Positions 14,236 through 28,141 of a DNA stretch of 64,000 bases are shown here, in pieces. Source of the DNA: Eledone cirrhosa (Eukaryota). The stretch covers positions 256,866,001 through 256,930,000 of the forward strand of contig OZ024742.1 in the NCBI GenBank assembly GCA_964016885.1, given 5' to 3'. A program made the position numbers and the translations under genes. Within the stretch, counting starts at the first letter, position 1. Every line of letters starts with the position of its first letter. The notes under the pieces were generated by a model. It searched no databases and was not told the origin of the DNA. It saw only the letters and a program-made list of their open reading frames with translations.

Positions 14236-14240
<5 letters not shown>
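13630..14240 (+). mobile_element. Non-autonomous RTE-like LINE derivative ending in (TA)n
   Basis: 13830-14240 aligns with 59670-60070. The 3' part encodes a C2H2-like remnant ([22 protein letters not shown]) similar to RTE ORF ends. Confidence 0.6.
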
Positions 14241-14300
<60 letters not shown>

Positions 14301-14310
14301 TATATACATA

Positions 14311-14420
<110 letters not shown>

Positions 14421-15080
14421 TGTAATAAACAACATAAGGCAATTATTTCATTTACCAGTGGTTTCTTAAAAGCAAAAAAATGTTGCTTTCAATCATCAGA
14501 ATGAAAAAATCCTGGTATATTTATTGACGTTGGATTTTAAAAACAAAAATGCAATCTATATGAAAGTGAGGCTGGAAAAGGAAGACGGAAATGAAAAATA
14601 AAATAAAAACACACATGCAAAGACACACACACACACAATTATATACATACACATATATATATATATATATGCATACACCATACATACACACACACACACA
14701 ATCATACGTATATACACACGTATATACATACACATACATACACACATATATACACGCATACATACGCATGCACAAAAATAGAAATAAATACACACACCTC
14801 TACATACTCACACACACAAATAGATATAAGAAAAAATATATCTAATAATAAAAAATAAAAATGAATATAAAGACTATTATAATGTTGACAGCGATACAGG
14901 CAACAAATAAATGAACATACATACGTGGTAAGCAATACACACAAATGCACGTACACATACATACGTAACAATAAATACATACACACACTCTCACACATAA
15001 ACACATAAATATACATATACAAATACATAAACACATACATACACATACACAATTACATACACACACACATATACAAATAT

Positions 15081-15131
<51 letters not shown>

Positions 15132-15261
15132 CATACATAACCATACAAATATACACATACATATACATACATATCACAAACACATACATACAAATACAAA
15201 AATATACATATATATGTGTCTAAAACTCATTCTTAGATAATTCATATGAACCTTATTTAAC

Positions 15262-15341
<80 letters not shown>

Positions 15342-16800
15342 AGTTATATTTAAATTGTTGGGTTACAACTAGTAAATATTTATAACTGATATAAAAGCAC
15401 TCAACAAGTACGATATTAAATAAATGGAAACTATATTTATAAAACCATATTTATTTCATTATATATATTTCAGGGATATCATATTAACAATATGTTATGC
15501 CTTCCTCAGCCAAAATACAATATAGACAGTTTTATTGATAAATAGATTTGACATACCGTTCAACATCGACTTGTATTTGAGAAAGTTGATTTGGCAGTGA
15601 AAAAAATTGTAAACAGAAAGAAAGAAAGAGAGAAAGAAGGAAAGAAAGAAAGAAAATGAAGAAAAAGAAGAAAAAGAAGAAATGCATGTAACAAAATAGA
15701 GAGATGGAAAGATAGATAAAGAGAAGAACTTCATGTAAAGAAACAGAGAGAGATATATATAAAGAGAGGAAATAGATAGAGATAGATATATATAGAGAAA
15801 AGTAGGTAGCTGGAACGTATCAATGATACATTTATTTATTTATTTATTTAGCTCTAGTATTAATGTAAGGGAGATATATGTGGTTAGGGAAGAAACCAGC
15901 CGTTATATAGAGAGAAAAATGAAAAGTAACCAGACATAGGCGAGGCATAATTTAAAAACCCTATGTTTTAATGTAGAAGTATTAGTACGTATAAAAACCA
16001 GGCGCTATAATGTAAATATCAGTATTCCTGAATGAGACACGTATCCACTATGTGTGAAAATTAATGATCTTATGTTTAGTTTTAAAAATTCATATGTTTA
16101 TATGATAACTACAAACATCGATGTGAATTTACGTGATCAATTCTGCAAATCTCTATTTCACACGGAGAACATTCTCATTGTGCTATAAAAATTTAAGTAT
16201 ACATATATGTGTATATATATACACATATATATAGAGTCTATATTAATTTTAACAATACTATTCTTGTCTTTACTCTACATGATTATCTATCAAGCAGAAA
16301 TAGAGAACAGATTTCAATATCAGAAACAAAAACAAAAAATAATAATGATAATAATAATAATAATAAATAATAATAAAATAGAAAACTCAAAAAAAAAATA
16401 TTACAAAAAAATATTACATATTAAAAATAAAAATATTAGAAAATATTACAATAATAAAAATCAACCCTTCAAAATTAATTGACAATATATTGCCAAGTTC
16501 ATTATAAGCATCAGAGTCGAAAACAGATAAAGCTAAAAATTATTTATCAAATCGCGTCTAGCAAAAATCATTTCAAAAAGTTTAGGATGCCCATTTGGTC
16601 TACATGTGTTCTTATATTTAATATAGAAGTTTATCTCGTGTAACGTTTATTCGAAATATTTGGAGCATCAACTTTTAGGGTAGTTTAATTTTTCATGAAG
16701 AATGTTTAAATAAAAATAAAAATAAAAAGAAGAATAAAAAGAAGAAATCGAAAGATTTATCGGCTAGTTTCCCAAATAATTATAAAACAAACTAAATATA

Positions 16801-18579
16801 CTACATTTTAAATTTAAATTTATATTTAAAAGTTGAGTTTAATCTATGTTTGCAGCAACTGAATAAATTTGTCCGTAGATTAAGGGAATTTTTAGATTTT
16901 AGTATAAAGAATATCTCCTCTGCGCAGAGGTCACATGTCTCAGAGGATGAATTAAAAGGAATCCCTCTTGAGACTATATTCCAAGCCGTCGAATATCTAA
17001 CGTTATCTAGCTTAAGTTGCCAGAGTACGCCTGATAGTGCTGTTGAAGATTTTTTGCTTGGATCTGTGAAAGAATTATTGTGGTTATTATAGCGAAGTTT
17101 AAATTCCGTCGATGTGGAACCGACGTAGTTAAAAGAATTAGAGTCAGTTTTAACATTACAATTGTATATTATATTTTTAACTAAGCAGTTGTTATTTAAC
17201 GGACATTTAGATCTATCTCTACAGTTACATTTGTTAACTTGTATATTATTTATGCTATTATCACTAGGTTTTAAGTTCCTATTATTTATTCTATTAATAT
17301 TTTGTGCTAAATTTTTGGTGGATGAGTAGGTTAATTTTATAGTATGTCTATTGAAAATTGAGTGATACCTATGTGTTCTAGGGAAGCGATTATCAAGAGC
17401 TTTAAAAAATAGTTTAGCGATGTGGGTTTTAATGTTTAGTGAGAAAGGGGGGGGGGGGGGCAAACCAGATTATTTTCCTAGTTCTATTTCTTTTTTGTCT
17501 TTTGGAATTATTGTAATGCTTTCTATTATATTTGTTAAGGTTGTTGCCGTAATTAAAATAGTTGTTATTTTGTTTAGTTTGTCTATCATTATCTATGTAC
17601 ATAATCTTATCACTATATCCTGCTCTAGCTAACGCTTCATTGTAGTACTGGGCTTTTTCGTCGAAAATCTTTCTATTAGACGAGATTCTAGAGATACGTT
17701 TTTGAACAGAGTTTACTATAGTGTTTTTGACAGATCTGGGGTGGTTAGAGTTAGAGCTGACATAGTTTAAGTTTTCATTCAACTTGTGAAAAGGATAGTG
17801 AAGACATGTGTTGAGATTTAATGTTATATCTAGGAAATTGACTATTCTATGGTTGTTCTCAATTTCTATTTTAAGATTAAAGTAATTAAAAAATTGTGTA
17901 ATTTGTTTTCTTTTTCTATTTAGTTCAGAGTTATTATTATCAATAAGTAAAAGCATGCCATCTCTATATAAACCTCCGGTAGTACCAGGTATTTTCCTAT
18001 GTAGCGAATTGATTAAAAATAAGCCCACAAGGTCAGTTACCTGAGCTGAGTCGGATGATCCCATAGTAATGTCAAAATTGCTATCTCTATCTGCTCTGGT
18101 CCATAGTTGGTCATTAAATTCTATCAATGTTTTCCTAGCCGATAATATAATGTGCATTTCATTGCTAGTTAGGTCTGTATGTTTGAATGCGTAATTTAGT
18201 GCCTTATTTAGTAGATTAGGGGTAATAGAAGAATAATAGTTAGCAATATCAAGTTGAATAAATTATTATTATTGTTATATTTAATTTGCTTAAACCACTC
18301 AACAACCTCTCCAGTTCCCTTCCACAAGCTCAGGTTAGGTAAACAATCCAAGTTCTTAATTTGCTGTATCACCCTGTCAAGAATGTTTTTGCTTAATTTG
18401 CCCAGGTCCGATTTTGATGGTGCGATCAATCTAACTGGCAAATCATTTTCAAAATTCCTTTTGTGATCTTTCATATTGATCTTCGGTTTCCTGGGCACGA
18501 AAGGTTGTGTTCTGTTCTCAATTTCCAACTCGTGCATTATACAAGATGCTTCGACATTCATTTTCTCAAGCTCGGCTTT
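16801..18579 (-). pseudogene. Inactivated mirror copy of the Naiad ORF
   Basis: Split into three ORFs (18208-18561, 17429-18157, 16801-17463) by frameshifts near 18260 and at an expanded G run near 17447-17460. Catalytic YRDD reads YRDG. Confidence 0.9.
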
Positions 18580-20628
18580 CTCAAAGTTTTCAAATCTAAA
18601 AGAAATCCACCCCCTAACAAACTTTTATCTGACTTTGAAAACGATATAATTTCTATCATACAAGGGGTCAAATTCAAGAGAAACTTCAAAGGCCAGGAAT
18701 ATCTGAAAGGCATTAAGGATAATATTGAGAGCTTAGAGAAAACTGAGAAGATCTTGGTGAAATCTGACAAGACCAACAACCTCTATGGAGTGCAGAAAGA
18801 CATGTATAATGGCCTCATACTGAAGGAACTGAGGAAAAAGTACAAGGTAGCAGATAAAGCCGAGCTTGAGAAAATGAATGTCGAAGCATCTTGTATAATG
18901 CACGAGTTGGAAATTGAGAACAGAACACAACCTTTCGTGCCCAGGAAACCGAAGATCAATATGAAAAATCACAAAAGGAATTTTGAAAATGATTTGCCAG
19001 TTAGATTGATCGCACCATCAAAATCGGACCTGGGCAAATTAAGCAAAAACATTCTTGACAGGGTGATACAGCAAATTAAGAACTTGGATTGTTTACCTAA
19101 CCTGAGCTTGTGGAAGGGAACTGGAGAGGTTGTTGAGTGGTTTAAGCAAATTAAATATAACAATAATAATAAGTTTATTCAACTTGATATTGCTAACTAT
19201 TATTCTTCTATTACCCCTAATCTACTAAATAAGGCACTAAATTACGCATTCAAACATACAGACCTAACTAGCAATGAAATGCACATTATATTATCGGCTA
19301 GGAAAACATTGATAGAATTTAATGACCAACTATGGACCAGAGCAGATAGAGATAGCAATTTTGACATTACTATGGGATCATACGACTCAGCTCAGGTAAC
19401 TGACCTTGTGGGCTTATTTTTAATCAATTCGCTACATAGGAAAATACCTGGTACTACCGGAGGTTTATATAGAGATGACATGCTTTTACTTATTGATAAT
19501 AATAACTCTGAACTAAATAGAAAAAGAAAACAAATTACACAATTTTTAAATTACTTTAATCTTAAAATAGAAATTGAGAACAACCATAGAATAGTCAATT
19601 TCCTAGATATAACATTAAATCTCAACACATGTCTTCACTATCCTTTTCACAAGTTGAATGAAAACTTAAACTATGTCAGCTCTAACTCTAACCACCCCAG
19701 ATCTGTCAAAAACACTATAGTAAACTCTGTTCAAAAACGTATCTCTAGAATCTCGTCTAATAGAAAGATTTTCGACGAAAAAGCCCAGTACTACAATGAA
19801 GCGTTAGCTAGAGCAGGATATAGTGATAAGATTATGTACATAGATAATGATAGACAAACTAAACAAAATAACAACTATTTTAATTACGGCAACAACCTTA
19901 ACAAATATAATAGAAAGCATTACAATAATTCCAAAAGCCAAAAAAGAAATAATACTAGGAACATAATCTGGTTTGCCCCCCCTTTCTCACTAAACATTAA
20001 AACCCACATCGCTAAACTATTTTTTAAAGCTCTTGATAATCGCTTCCCTAGAACACATAGGTATCACTCAATTTTCAATAGACATACTATAAAATTAACC
20101 TACTCATCCACCAAAAATTTAGCACAAAATATTAATAGAATAAATAATAGGAACTTAAAACCTAGTGATAATAGCATAAATAATATACAAGTTAACAAAT
20201 GTAACTGTAGAGATAGATCTAAATGTCCGTTAAATAACAACTGCTTAGTTAAAAATATAATATACAATTGTAATGTTAAAACTGACTCTAATTCTTTTAA
20301 CTACGTCGGGTCCACATCGACGGAATTTAAACTTCGCTATAATAACCACAAGAAATCTTTCACAGATCCAAGCAAAAAATCTTCAACAGCACTATCAGGC
20401 GTACTCTGGCAACTTAAGCTAGATAACGTTAGATATTCGACGGCTTGGAATATAGTCTCAAGAGGGATTCCTTTTAATTCATCCTCTGAGACATGTGACC
20501 TCTGCGCAGAGGAGATATTCTTTATACTAAAATCTAAAAATTCCCTTAATCTACGGACAAATTTATTCAGTTGCTGCAAACATAGATTAAACTCAAATTT
20601 TAAATATAAATTTAAATTTAAAATGTAG
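18463..20628 (+). CDS. Naiad-type PLE RT-GIY-YIG polyprotein; open frame but 5'-truncated (genuine sequence starts near 18580)
   Basis: Motifs KSDKT, VRLIAPSKS, LDIANYYSSI, FDITMGS, GLYRDD, VNFLDITLNL, SNHP, IIWFAPPFS, CNCR..CPL..CL, IIY..YVG, FKLRYNNH, CDLC and CKHR. The first ~39 aa are read from the antisense left arm. Confidence 0.93.
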   Translation: MIFHIDLRFPGHERLCSVLNFQLVHYTRCFDIHFLKLGFLKVFKSKRNPPPNKLLSDFENDIISIIQGVKFKRNFKGQEYLKGIKDNIESLEKTEKILVKSDKTNNLYGVQKDMYNGLILKELRKKYKVADKAELEKMNVEASCIMHELEIENRTQPFVPRKPKINMKNHKRNFENDLPVRLIAPSKSDLGKLSKNILDRVIQQIKNLDCLPNLSLWKGTGEVVEWFKQIKYNNNNKFIQLDIANYYSSITPNLLNKALNYAFKHTDLTSNEMHIILSARKTLIEFNDQLWTRADRDSNFDITMGSYDSAQVTDLVGLFLINSLHRKIPGTTGGLYRDDMLLLIDNNNSELNRKRKQITQFLNYFNLKIEIENNHRIVNFLDITLNLNTCLHYPFHKLNENLNYVSSNSNHPRSVKNTIVNSVQKRISRISSNRKIFDEKAQYYNEALARAGYSDKIMYIDNDRQTKQNNNYFNYGNNLNKYNRKHYNNSKSQKRNNTRNIIWFAPPFSLNIKTHIAKLFFKALDNRFPRTHRYHSIFNRHTIKLTYSSTKNLAQNINRINNRNLKPSDNSINNIQVNKCNCRDRSKCPLNNNCLVKNIIYNCNVKTDSNSFNYVGSTSTEFKLRYNNHKKSFTDPSKKSSTALSGVLWQLKLDNVRYSTAWNIVSRGIPFNSSSETCDLCAEEIFFILKSKNSLNLRTNLFSCCKHRLNSNFKYKFKFKM

Positions 20629-21900
20629 TATATTTAGTTTGTTTTATAATTATTTGGGAAACTAGCCGATAAATCTTTCGATTTCTTCTTTTTATTCTTC
20701 TTTTTATTTTTATTTTTATTTAAACATTCTTCATGAAAAATTAAACTACCCTAAAAGTTGATGCTCCAAATATTTCGAATAAACGTTACACTAGATAAAC
20801 TTCTATATTAAATATAAGAACACATGTAGACCAAATGGGCATCCTAAACTTTTTGAAATGATTTTTGCTAGACGCGATTTGATAAATAATTTTTAGCTTT
20901 ATCTGTTTTCGACTCTGATGCTTATAATGAACTTGGCAATATATTGTCAATTAATTTTGAAGGGTTGATTTTTATTATTGTAATATTTTCTAATATTTTT
21001 ATTTTTAATATGTAATATTTTTTTGTAATATTTTTATTTTTTAGTTTTCTATTTTATTATTATTTATTATTATTATTATCATTATTATATTTGTTTTGTT
21101 TCTGATATTGAAATCTGTTCTCTATTTCTGCTTGATAGATAATCATGTAGAGTAAAGACAAGAATAGTATTGTTAAAATTAATATAGACTCTATATATAT
21201 GTGTATATATATATACACATATATGTATACTTAAATTTTTATAGCACAATGAGAATGTTCTCCGTGTGAAATAGAGATTTGCAGAATTGATCACGTAAAT
21301 TCACATCGATGTTTGTAGTTATCATATAAACATATGAATTTTTAAAACTAAACATAAGATCATTACTTTTCACACATAATGGATACGTGTCTCATTCAGG
21401 AATACTGATATTTACATTATAGCACCTGGTTTTTATACGTACTAATACTTCTACATTAAAACAGGGTTTTTAAATTATGGCTCGCCTATGTCTGGTTACT
21501 TTTCATTTTTCTCTCTATATAACGGCTGGTTTCTTCCCTAACCACATATATCTCCCTTACATTAATACTAGAGCTAAATAAATAAATAAATAAATGTATC
21601 ATTGATACGTTCCAACTACCTACTTTTCTCTATATATATCTATCTCTATCTATTTCCTCTCTTTATATATATCTCTCTCTGTTTCTTTACATGAAGTTCT
21701 TCTCTTTATCTATCTTTCCATCTCTCTATTTTGTTACATGCATTTCTTCTTTTTCTTCTTTTTCTTCATTTTCTTTCTTTCTTTCCTTCTTTCTCTCTTT
21801 CTTTCTTTCTGTTTACAATTTTTTTCACTGCCAAATCAACTTTCTCAAATACAAGTCGATGTTGAACGGTATGTCAAATCTATTTATCTATAAAACTGTC

Positions 21901-21975
21901 TATATTGTATTTTGTCTGAGGAAGGCATAACATATTGTTAATATGATATCCCTGAAATATATATAATGAAATAAA
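21901..21975 (+). ncRNA. Putative minimal type I hammerhead ribozyme in the PLE 3' repeat (mirror copy at about 15450-15525, minus strand)
   Basis: CTGAGGA (21916-21922), stem II AGG-C-ATA-A-CATATT/AATATG-A-TAT-C-CCT, then GAAA and palindromic ATAT(AT)-A. Stem I pairing is weak and offset. Confidence 0.6.
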
Positions 21976-22329
21976 TATGGTTTTATAAATATAGTTTCCA
22001 TTTATTTAATATCGTATATATATATATATATATATATAAACCTACACATATATACACATACATACATACTCACATACTCATATATACCTACACACACATA
22101 TATACATACACACACGTATGCATACGTACATATATACACACACACGCATATACATATATAACTAAATATATATATATATATGAGAAAGAACATAAATATT
22201 ATATATTTATAAAAAAATAAATATTGTAATATAAAAAAAATAAAAAAAATATTAAGCTCTGTTACCTACATAGAGCACTCTTCTTTCCTGGACTTTTCCG
22301 ATGGAATTACTTCACACACACACACACGG

Positions 22330-22385
<56 letters not shown>

Positions 22386-24662
22386 CACATTAATTCCTTC
22401 CTCCGGAAATAATGAGATATATATTTTTCTTTTTATAATATCTTGGATAGTGTCTTGCATCTCCATCATCTCTTTTGTCCTCTGTCCGAGTTGTGTGATC
22501 AACAGTACTGTGTGCTCGGAAAATTACCGTGTCACTGAATGGAAATTTGTCCGAGACGTGCACATCTATCTTAATTTCTGGTAGGTTTTGGCGTGAGATA
22601 ATGTATGAAATACCTAGACCCTTCAATTATATATACAAGTCTTTTTTGTTCATCAGAATTGATTTGACCACCGTAAAATAAATTAGCATGCTCGGTAACA
22701 TTGCCCATCACCAGTAATTGAATTCAAAACCATAGGATCAGCCATCGAATAATGCATCAAATAATGCATGAACTATCACACATATACTTGTAGGAATTAG
22801 AGGATACATTAATCCAGCAAAAATATATATTCTATTTTGATTATTATATGATGAATACTCAATTCACACACAAGCCACTCACACAAAACTGGTTCCCACT
22901 TTGCAACGATCAAATATTCCCTGAACTTTCCAGTAAAGAAATAAAATAGATAGGAAATGCTTGTTAGAGCATTCAATTACACAACTGTCTATCAAAGTAT
23001 AACAATTTGGACTGAGGCATTTGTGTTTAATACGGTAGCCAAGCCCTCTTCAATACACATTTACAAATCAGGCAGAAATTTTTAAAACGTTAATTGAATT
23101 GGTGATACGATGTAAAATGCTACAGTTCACGGGATTAGTAAAACACATTAAGAAAACAATCTCTACAAAAATTAGAAGCAAATCTCTTTCTTACAACCGA
23201 GAAGAAAATTCTAAATTTAGTTTGAATAAAATTACTTCTGTTTACTTTTCGTAATAAACTTCAAATTGAGCGCATTGTACATAAAATAATAGTGTTTGTG
23301 ATGAGAAAAACTAAGAAAAGGAAAACATGACTTTACAAAAGCAAATGTTAAGTGGTTTAATGCACACGCTCAACAGCAATTTAAATCCTGGAAAATTTTA
23401 AAGTGAAAGTAACAAATGCAAGAACACAGACATGTTAACACAACAGAAATCCTGCAGTTAATGCTTTAATACAATAAACAACAGTTATCGCTATATACAC
23501 TCTGACATTTCGCACCTCACACGCAACACCTTCCTCATAATCCTTGATAAAATTAACAAATGCTAATGATAACAATGGCATTTGAATGAATGCAATGACC
23601 AAATTTTAAATGACATTTTAATGGCATATTAAATAATTCAGCTATAAAATGATAACGAATGTATTGTTGAAGTATAGAATAATGAAATTAGTTAAAAACC
23701 TTAAAGCAAGTAACAAAAGAAGATAAACTAAAGAAAAATGGAAAGGAGAAATGGATTAAATAATAATAAAAAATAGGATAAAGTGGAAGGGATGGACAAA
23801 CTCCACACCTATGGGTACCCGGACAACTTAGCATCAGTCAACAAACATAATGGAAGTCATTCCTCAGGTGAGATGCAATCTTCAGAGTTTTGTGAAGAAA
23901 AATGTCATTCTGCGGACCTGGAATTTTGATATGAGCTTTCATTAAAGAAAACGAAACAACGAAAACATAATCAAGGGAATATATTTGTTTTGTACAATAC
24001 TATTTACTTGGTAGATGAGTGCCTGGTTATTATAACACCCCCTAATCCACAGATCGTGTTTTAGCTGCAATATATGATAACAGGAAGCTAATTACGCTTA
24101 GTCCGAAAAATAAGGAAGGTTGAGCATAATATGCCAAACAAATTGCTAGAAATTCTAAAGAAGATTATAGCTCATTAAAAAACCTTTCCCAGAATAAAAT
24201 AGAATGGCAAGCGGTAAGGTGAGTTAGAGCTTACGATAACAAACTGCAATAAAAACGACGCTGGTTTTATGAAAAAAACTTGAAAATGTTTATGTTTGTC
24301 AAACATTATTGCACATGATTTTAAGTAAGAACATTTATTAATTTCTGATCAAAGAAAAAGCTTATAAAGTCAATAATATCAATAAATCCCTGGAAAAGTT
24401 AAATTATTTATTGAACTATTACATAATTATTATATTGTTATTGTTTTTAATTCTTTATCTGACAATGGCACCAGCAGCAGGAAGAAAAAAGTTACATAGT
24501 AACGGGCCACTTCATTGGATTTAATAATCTATTAAAATGTGTACTCTAGCTCCAATACTCACTCATGATAATCACATATATATGGCCGGCTGTTATACAT
24601 CGAAACATTCGTAGAATAAAACCATGTTGTAAGTCTAAATTGGTTATTCACTCTCATTTTAT

Positions 24663-24756
<94 letters not shown>

Positions 24757-24856
24757 AATATATATATATATATTACATCGAGCTATTTTCATACTTGTAA
24801 CTGGGTCATATATATTATTACCCATATTATATATATATATATATACGGGGTAACAA

Positions 24857-25935
24857 ATTCGAATAACGTGAAATCAAGCGGGTAGCGATCACTAGACCTA
24901 CCAGTTCAGAGAAACAATTGTCAGCAGTGAGATTAAAAACCTTTTTTGAGAAAGATCAATCTTCTGCAGACACAGGATCTCCACTAAATTCACAAGATTT
25001 AAACCTCCGTGAATCGAACCGACGTAACTTAGCTTTCAACTTAGGATACCCACTACACTGCACGAACCACCACAGAAATATAATCATTAAGTATATTCTA
25101 GCCTTCTTAGTTCTATACCACACTAATATCTGTAAGTACCTTATGAACCCATAAATATATCTCTTCTCAGCTGCTGTCAGCACATGAACCTAAATCCAAG
25201 AACATTTCAAAATACTACTACAGCAGAACTTTACCTTCCTCCTGTTATAATTATAGTCAGCATGTTTTCTCTTTATATGTATGTATATATGTGTATGTAT
25301 ATATATGTATATGTGTGTGTATGTATGTATATACATATATTGCCTCCTTAACATCTGTATTAACTTGGCCATTATATTGCTACTCTGTTAATGTTGTCTT
25401 ATACAAGTATGTTTTTGATGATGAGAAAGCTAGACAACCCTTTCATCTAATATAGACCACACAAATATTAATATCCTCACTACAGTGATACATTCTTCAT
25501 CTGTCAGATAATAAATGATTCTTACGGCCACCAGACCTACATTCTTTAAAGCCACTGGCTTATCTTTACACTATATATAATACACCCCATGACAGCTTTT
25601 ACATGTCAACTTTATACATCTGCCTCATGTCAGCTAGTTTTACACGCTAAAATCGTAGATATACTCTACTTCCCACCTAGATTGATGTTGTGATTATTTC
25701 AAATAATTTATTGCTAACATTGTTAGTATTGTGGTTATTGTTCCGATTGAATGTCATTACTACTATATATAGTAGCCATGCCTGTATATTCTTCTCAGTC
25801 TCACAAGCTCCGATGGATTGACTGGTTACAAATTTGTATTGGTGATCGAATAACGTGAAATCAAGCGGGTAGCCATCTCTAGACCTACCAGTTCAGAGAA
25901 ACAATTGTCAGCAATGAGATTAAAAACCTTTTTTG
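24857..25935 (+). repeat. About 90-bp direct repeats bounding an unclassified 1-kb segment
   Basis: TCGAATAACGTGAAATCAAGCGGGTAGC...GAGATTAAAAACCTTTTTT at about 24858-24947 and 25846-25934. Confidence 0.75.
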
Positions 25936-25985
25936 TATAGCAAACCGTGTCACGCTTCTTTCCTGAGTTATATATAAATATATAT

Positions 25986-27232
25986 ATATTAGAATTGGAG
26001 CTCTGAAATAGCAATATATATATGGATGTATATATAATGTATTTTGCAATACACTTTATGCTTAATTAAAAGCATTTTGAAGACCGTAAGCTATTGTTTT
26101 AAAGTAGTGACAAATTCACTCACTTTGATGTCAGCAAATAGGGGAGATAAGCCGACATGACATGTTTCGCTTTGATTGAAGCTTATCAAGGCCAACTACC
26201 CCACCTGTCTACTGAGATCAATGATGTTATATTCTTATAGAAATCTAGTAAATAATCAGGAGCTGATTATGCAGAGCGGTTGTTGGTCAGGCAGAAATTA
26301 AAAATTAGAATTGGAGCTCTGAAGTAGCAATATGGATGTATATATAATGTATTTTGCAATACACTTTATGCTTAATTAAAAGCATTTTGAAGACTGTAAG
26401 CTATTGTTTTAAAGTAGTGATAAATTCACTCACTTTGATCTCAGCAAACAGGGGAGATAAGCCGACATGCCATGTTTCGCTTTGGTTGAAGCTTATCAAG
26501 GCCAACTACCCCACCTGTCTACTGAGATCAATGATGTTATATTCTTATAGAAATCTAGTAAATAATCAGGAGCTGATTATGCAGAGCGGTTGTTGGTCAG
26601 GCAGAAATTAAAAATTAGAATTGGAGCTCTGAAATAGCAATATATATATGGATGTATATATAATGTATTTTGCAATACACTTTATACTTAATTAAAAGCA
26701 TTTTGAAGACCGTAAGCTATTGTTTTAAAGTAGACAGGTGGGGTAGTTGGCCTTGATAAGCTTCAACAAAAGCGAAATATGTCATGTCGGCTTAATTCCC
26801 CTGTTTCCTGAGATCAAAGTGAGTTAATTTGTCTCTACTTTAAAACAATAGCTTACGGTCTTCAAAATGCTTTTAATTAAGCATACAGTGTATTGCAAAA
26901 TACATTATATATACATCCATATATATATTGCTATTTCAGAGCTCCAATTCTAATTTTTAATTTCTGCCTGACCAACAACCGCTCTGCATAATCAGCTCCT
27001 GATTATTTACTAGATTTCTATAAGAATATAACATCATTGATCTCAGTAGACAGGTGGGGTAGTTGGCCTTGATAAGCTTCAACCAAAGCGAAACATGTGA
27101 TGTCGGTTTATCTCCCCTGTTTGCTGAGATCAAAGTGAGTGAATTTGTCACTACTTTAAAACAATAGCTTACGGTCTTCAAAATGCTTTTAATTAAGCAT
27201 AAAGTGTATTGCAAAATACATTATATATACAT

Positions 27233-27237
<5 letters not shown>
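25986..27237. repeat. About 310-bp unit in tandem (about 2.4 copies, plus strand) that flips into about 1.6 inverted copies
   Basis: TTAGAATTGGAGCTCTGAA recurs at about 25989, 26306 and 26615. The strand switches near 26731. Mirrored 85-aa ORFs at 26354+ and 26957-. (TA)n flanks. Confidence 0.9.
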
Positions 27238-27282
<45 letters not shown>

Positions 27283-27292
27283 GTACTTATAT

Positions 27293-28081
27293 ATAAGGTG
27301 GGTAATAATAAATATTACCCAGTTACAAGTTTGAAAATAGCTCGATGTAAAATAACAAGTATACTGCAGAGCCAAAATACAATGTAAATGACAATCAAGA
27401 GTGTTTAAAACATTTAATCATTTACCATCATTTCTTCCTGCACAGGAACGGTTTCATCGGGGTAGATAACAAAGGTCAAACACAAATATAATATAAAAAC
27501 TTTGTTACAAGAACAATTAAGAGTATACATAATTTTGGAGGCTAGATAAGCATAAGCATCAATATTTATATAGGATAACACAGTAGATAAATGCAATAAA
27601 AATTAGAACGTTTAGAAACATAATTATTATTTTCATTGGATTATGTAGTCGAATCTATATTCCTACACGTATATGTAATCCTTTGCTATACTGCAAGTAT
27701 TTTTAAATTTAACTTTGAATAGCATGCTTTCTTTATTAAAATTATTAATTTGCATGACTACTTATGATATGTTTGTAACAGCATGTTTATTTTTAATTTT
27801 GTTAATTTTTATTATTTTTATTTGCTTCTAATTGATATTGCATTTTTCAACTCCTATACTTCATATTATTTTTCCGCCTCTGTAATCTTATATAAATGTC
27901 GATACATGCTTATCTAGAGTCCCATATTATGTATCATCATAATTGTTCTTGTGACAAAGTTTTGATAGTACATTTGTGTTTTACTTTTGATATCTTTCCC
28001 GATGTATCCGGCATTATGCTAGGATGAAACGATCGTAAGTGATTAAATGATTTAAACATTCTTTGATTGTCATTTATATTG

Positions 28082-28141
<60 letters not shown>

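Larger units (their letters stand above)
15339..22016. mobile_element. 6.6-kb palindromic (head-to-head) Naiad-type PLE insertion
   Basis: Arms 15409-18579 and 18856-22016 are near-identical reverse complements around a 276-bp unique spacer. The ORF track is mirrored (15495-/21691+, 16850+/20337-). (TA)n lies on both flanks. Confidence 0.97.

Noticed and set aside
22440-23920. Possible host exons on the minus strand (e.g. GPQNDIFLHKTLKIASHLRNDFHYVC near 23830-23915; ORF 22390-22626)
   Set aside because: Short, no recognisable homology and no consistent splice chain. RNA-seq would be needed.
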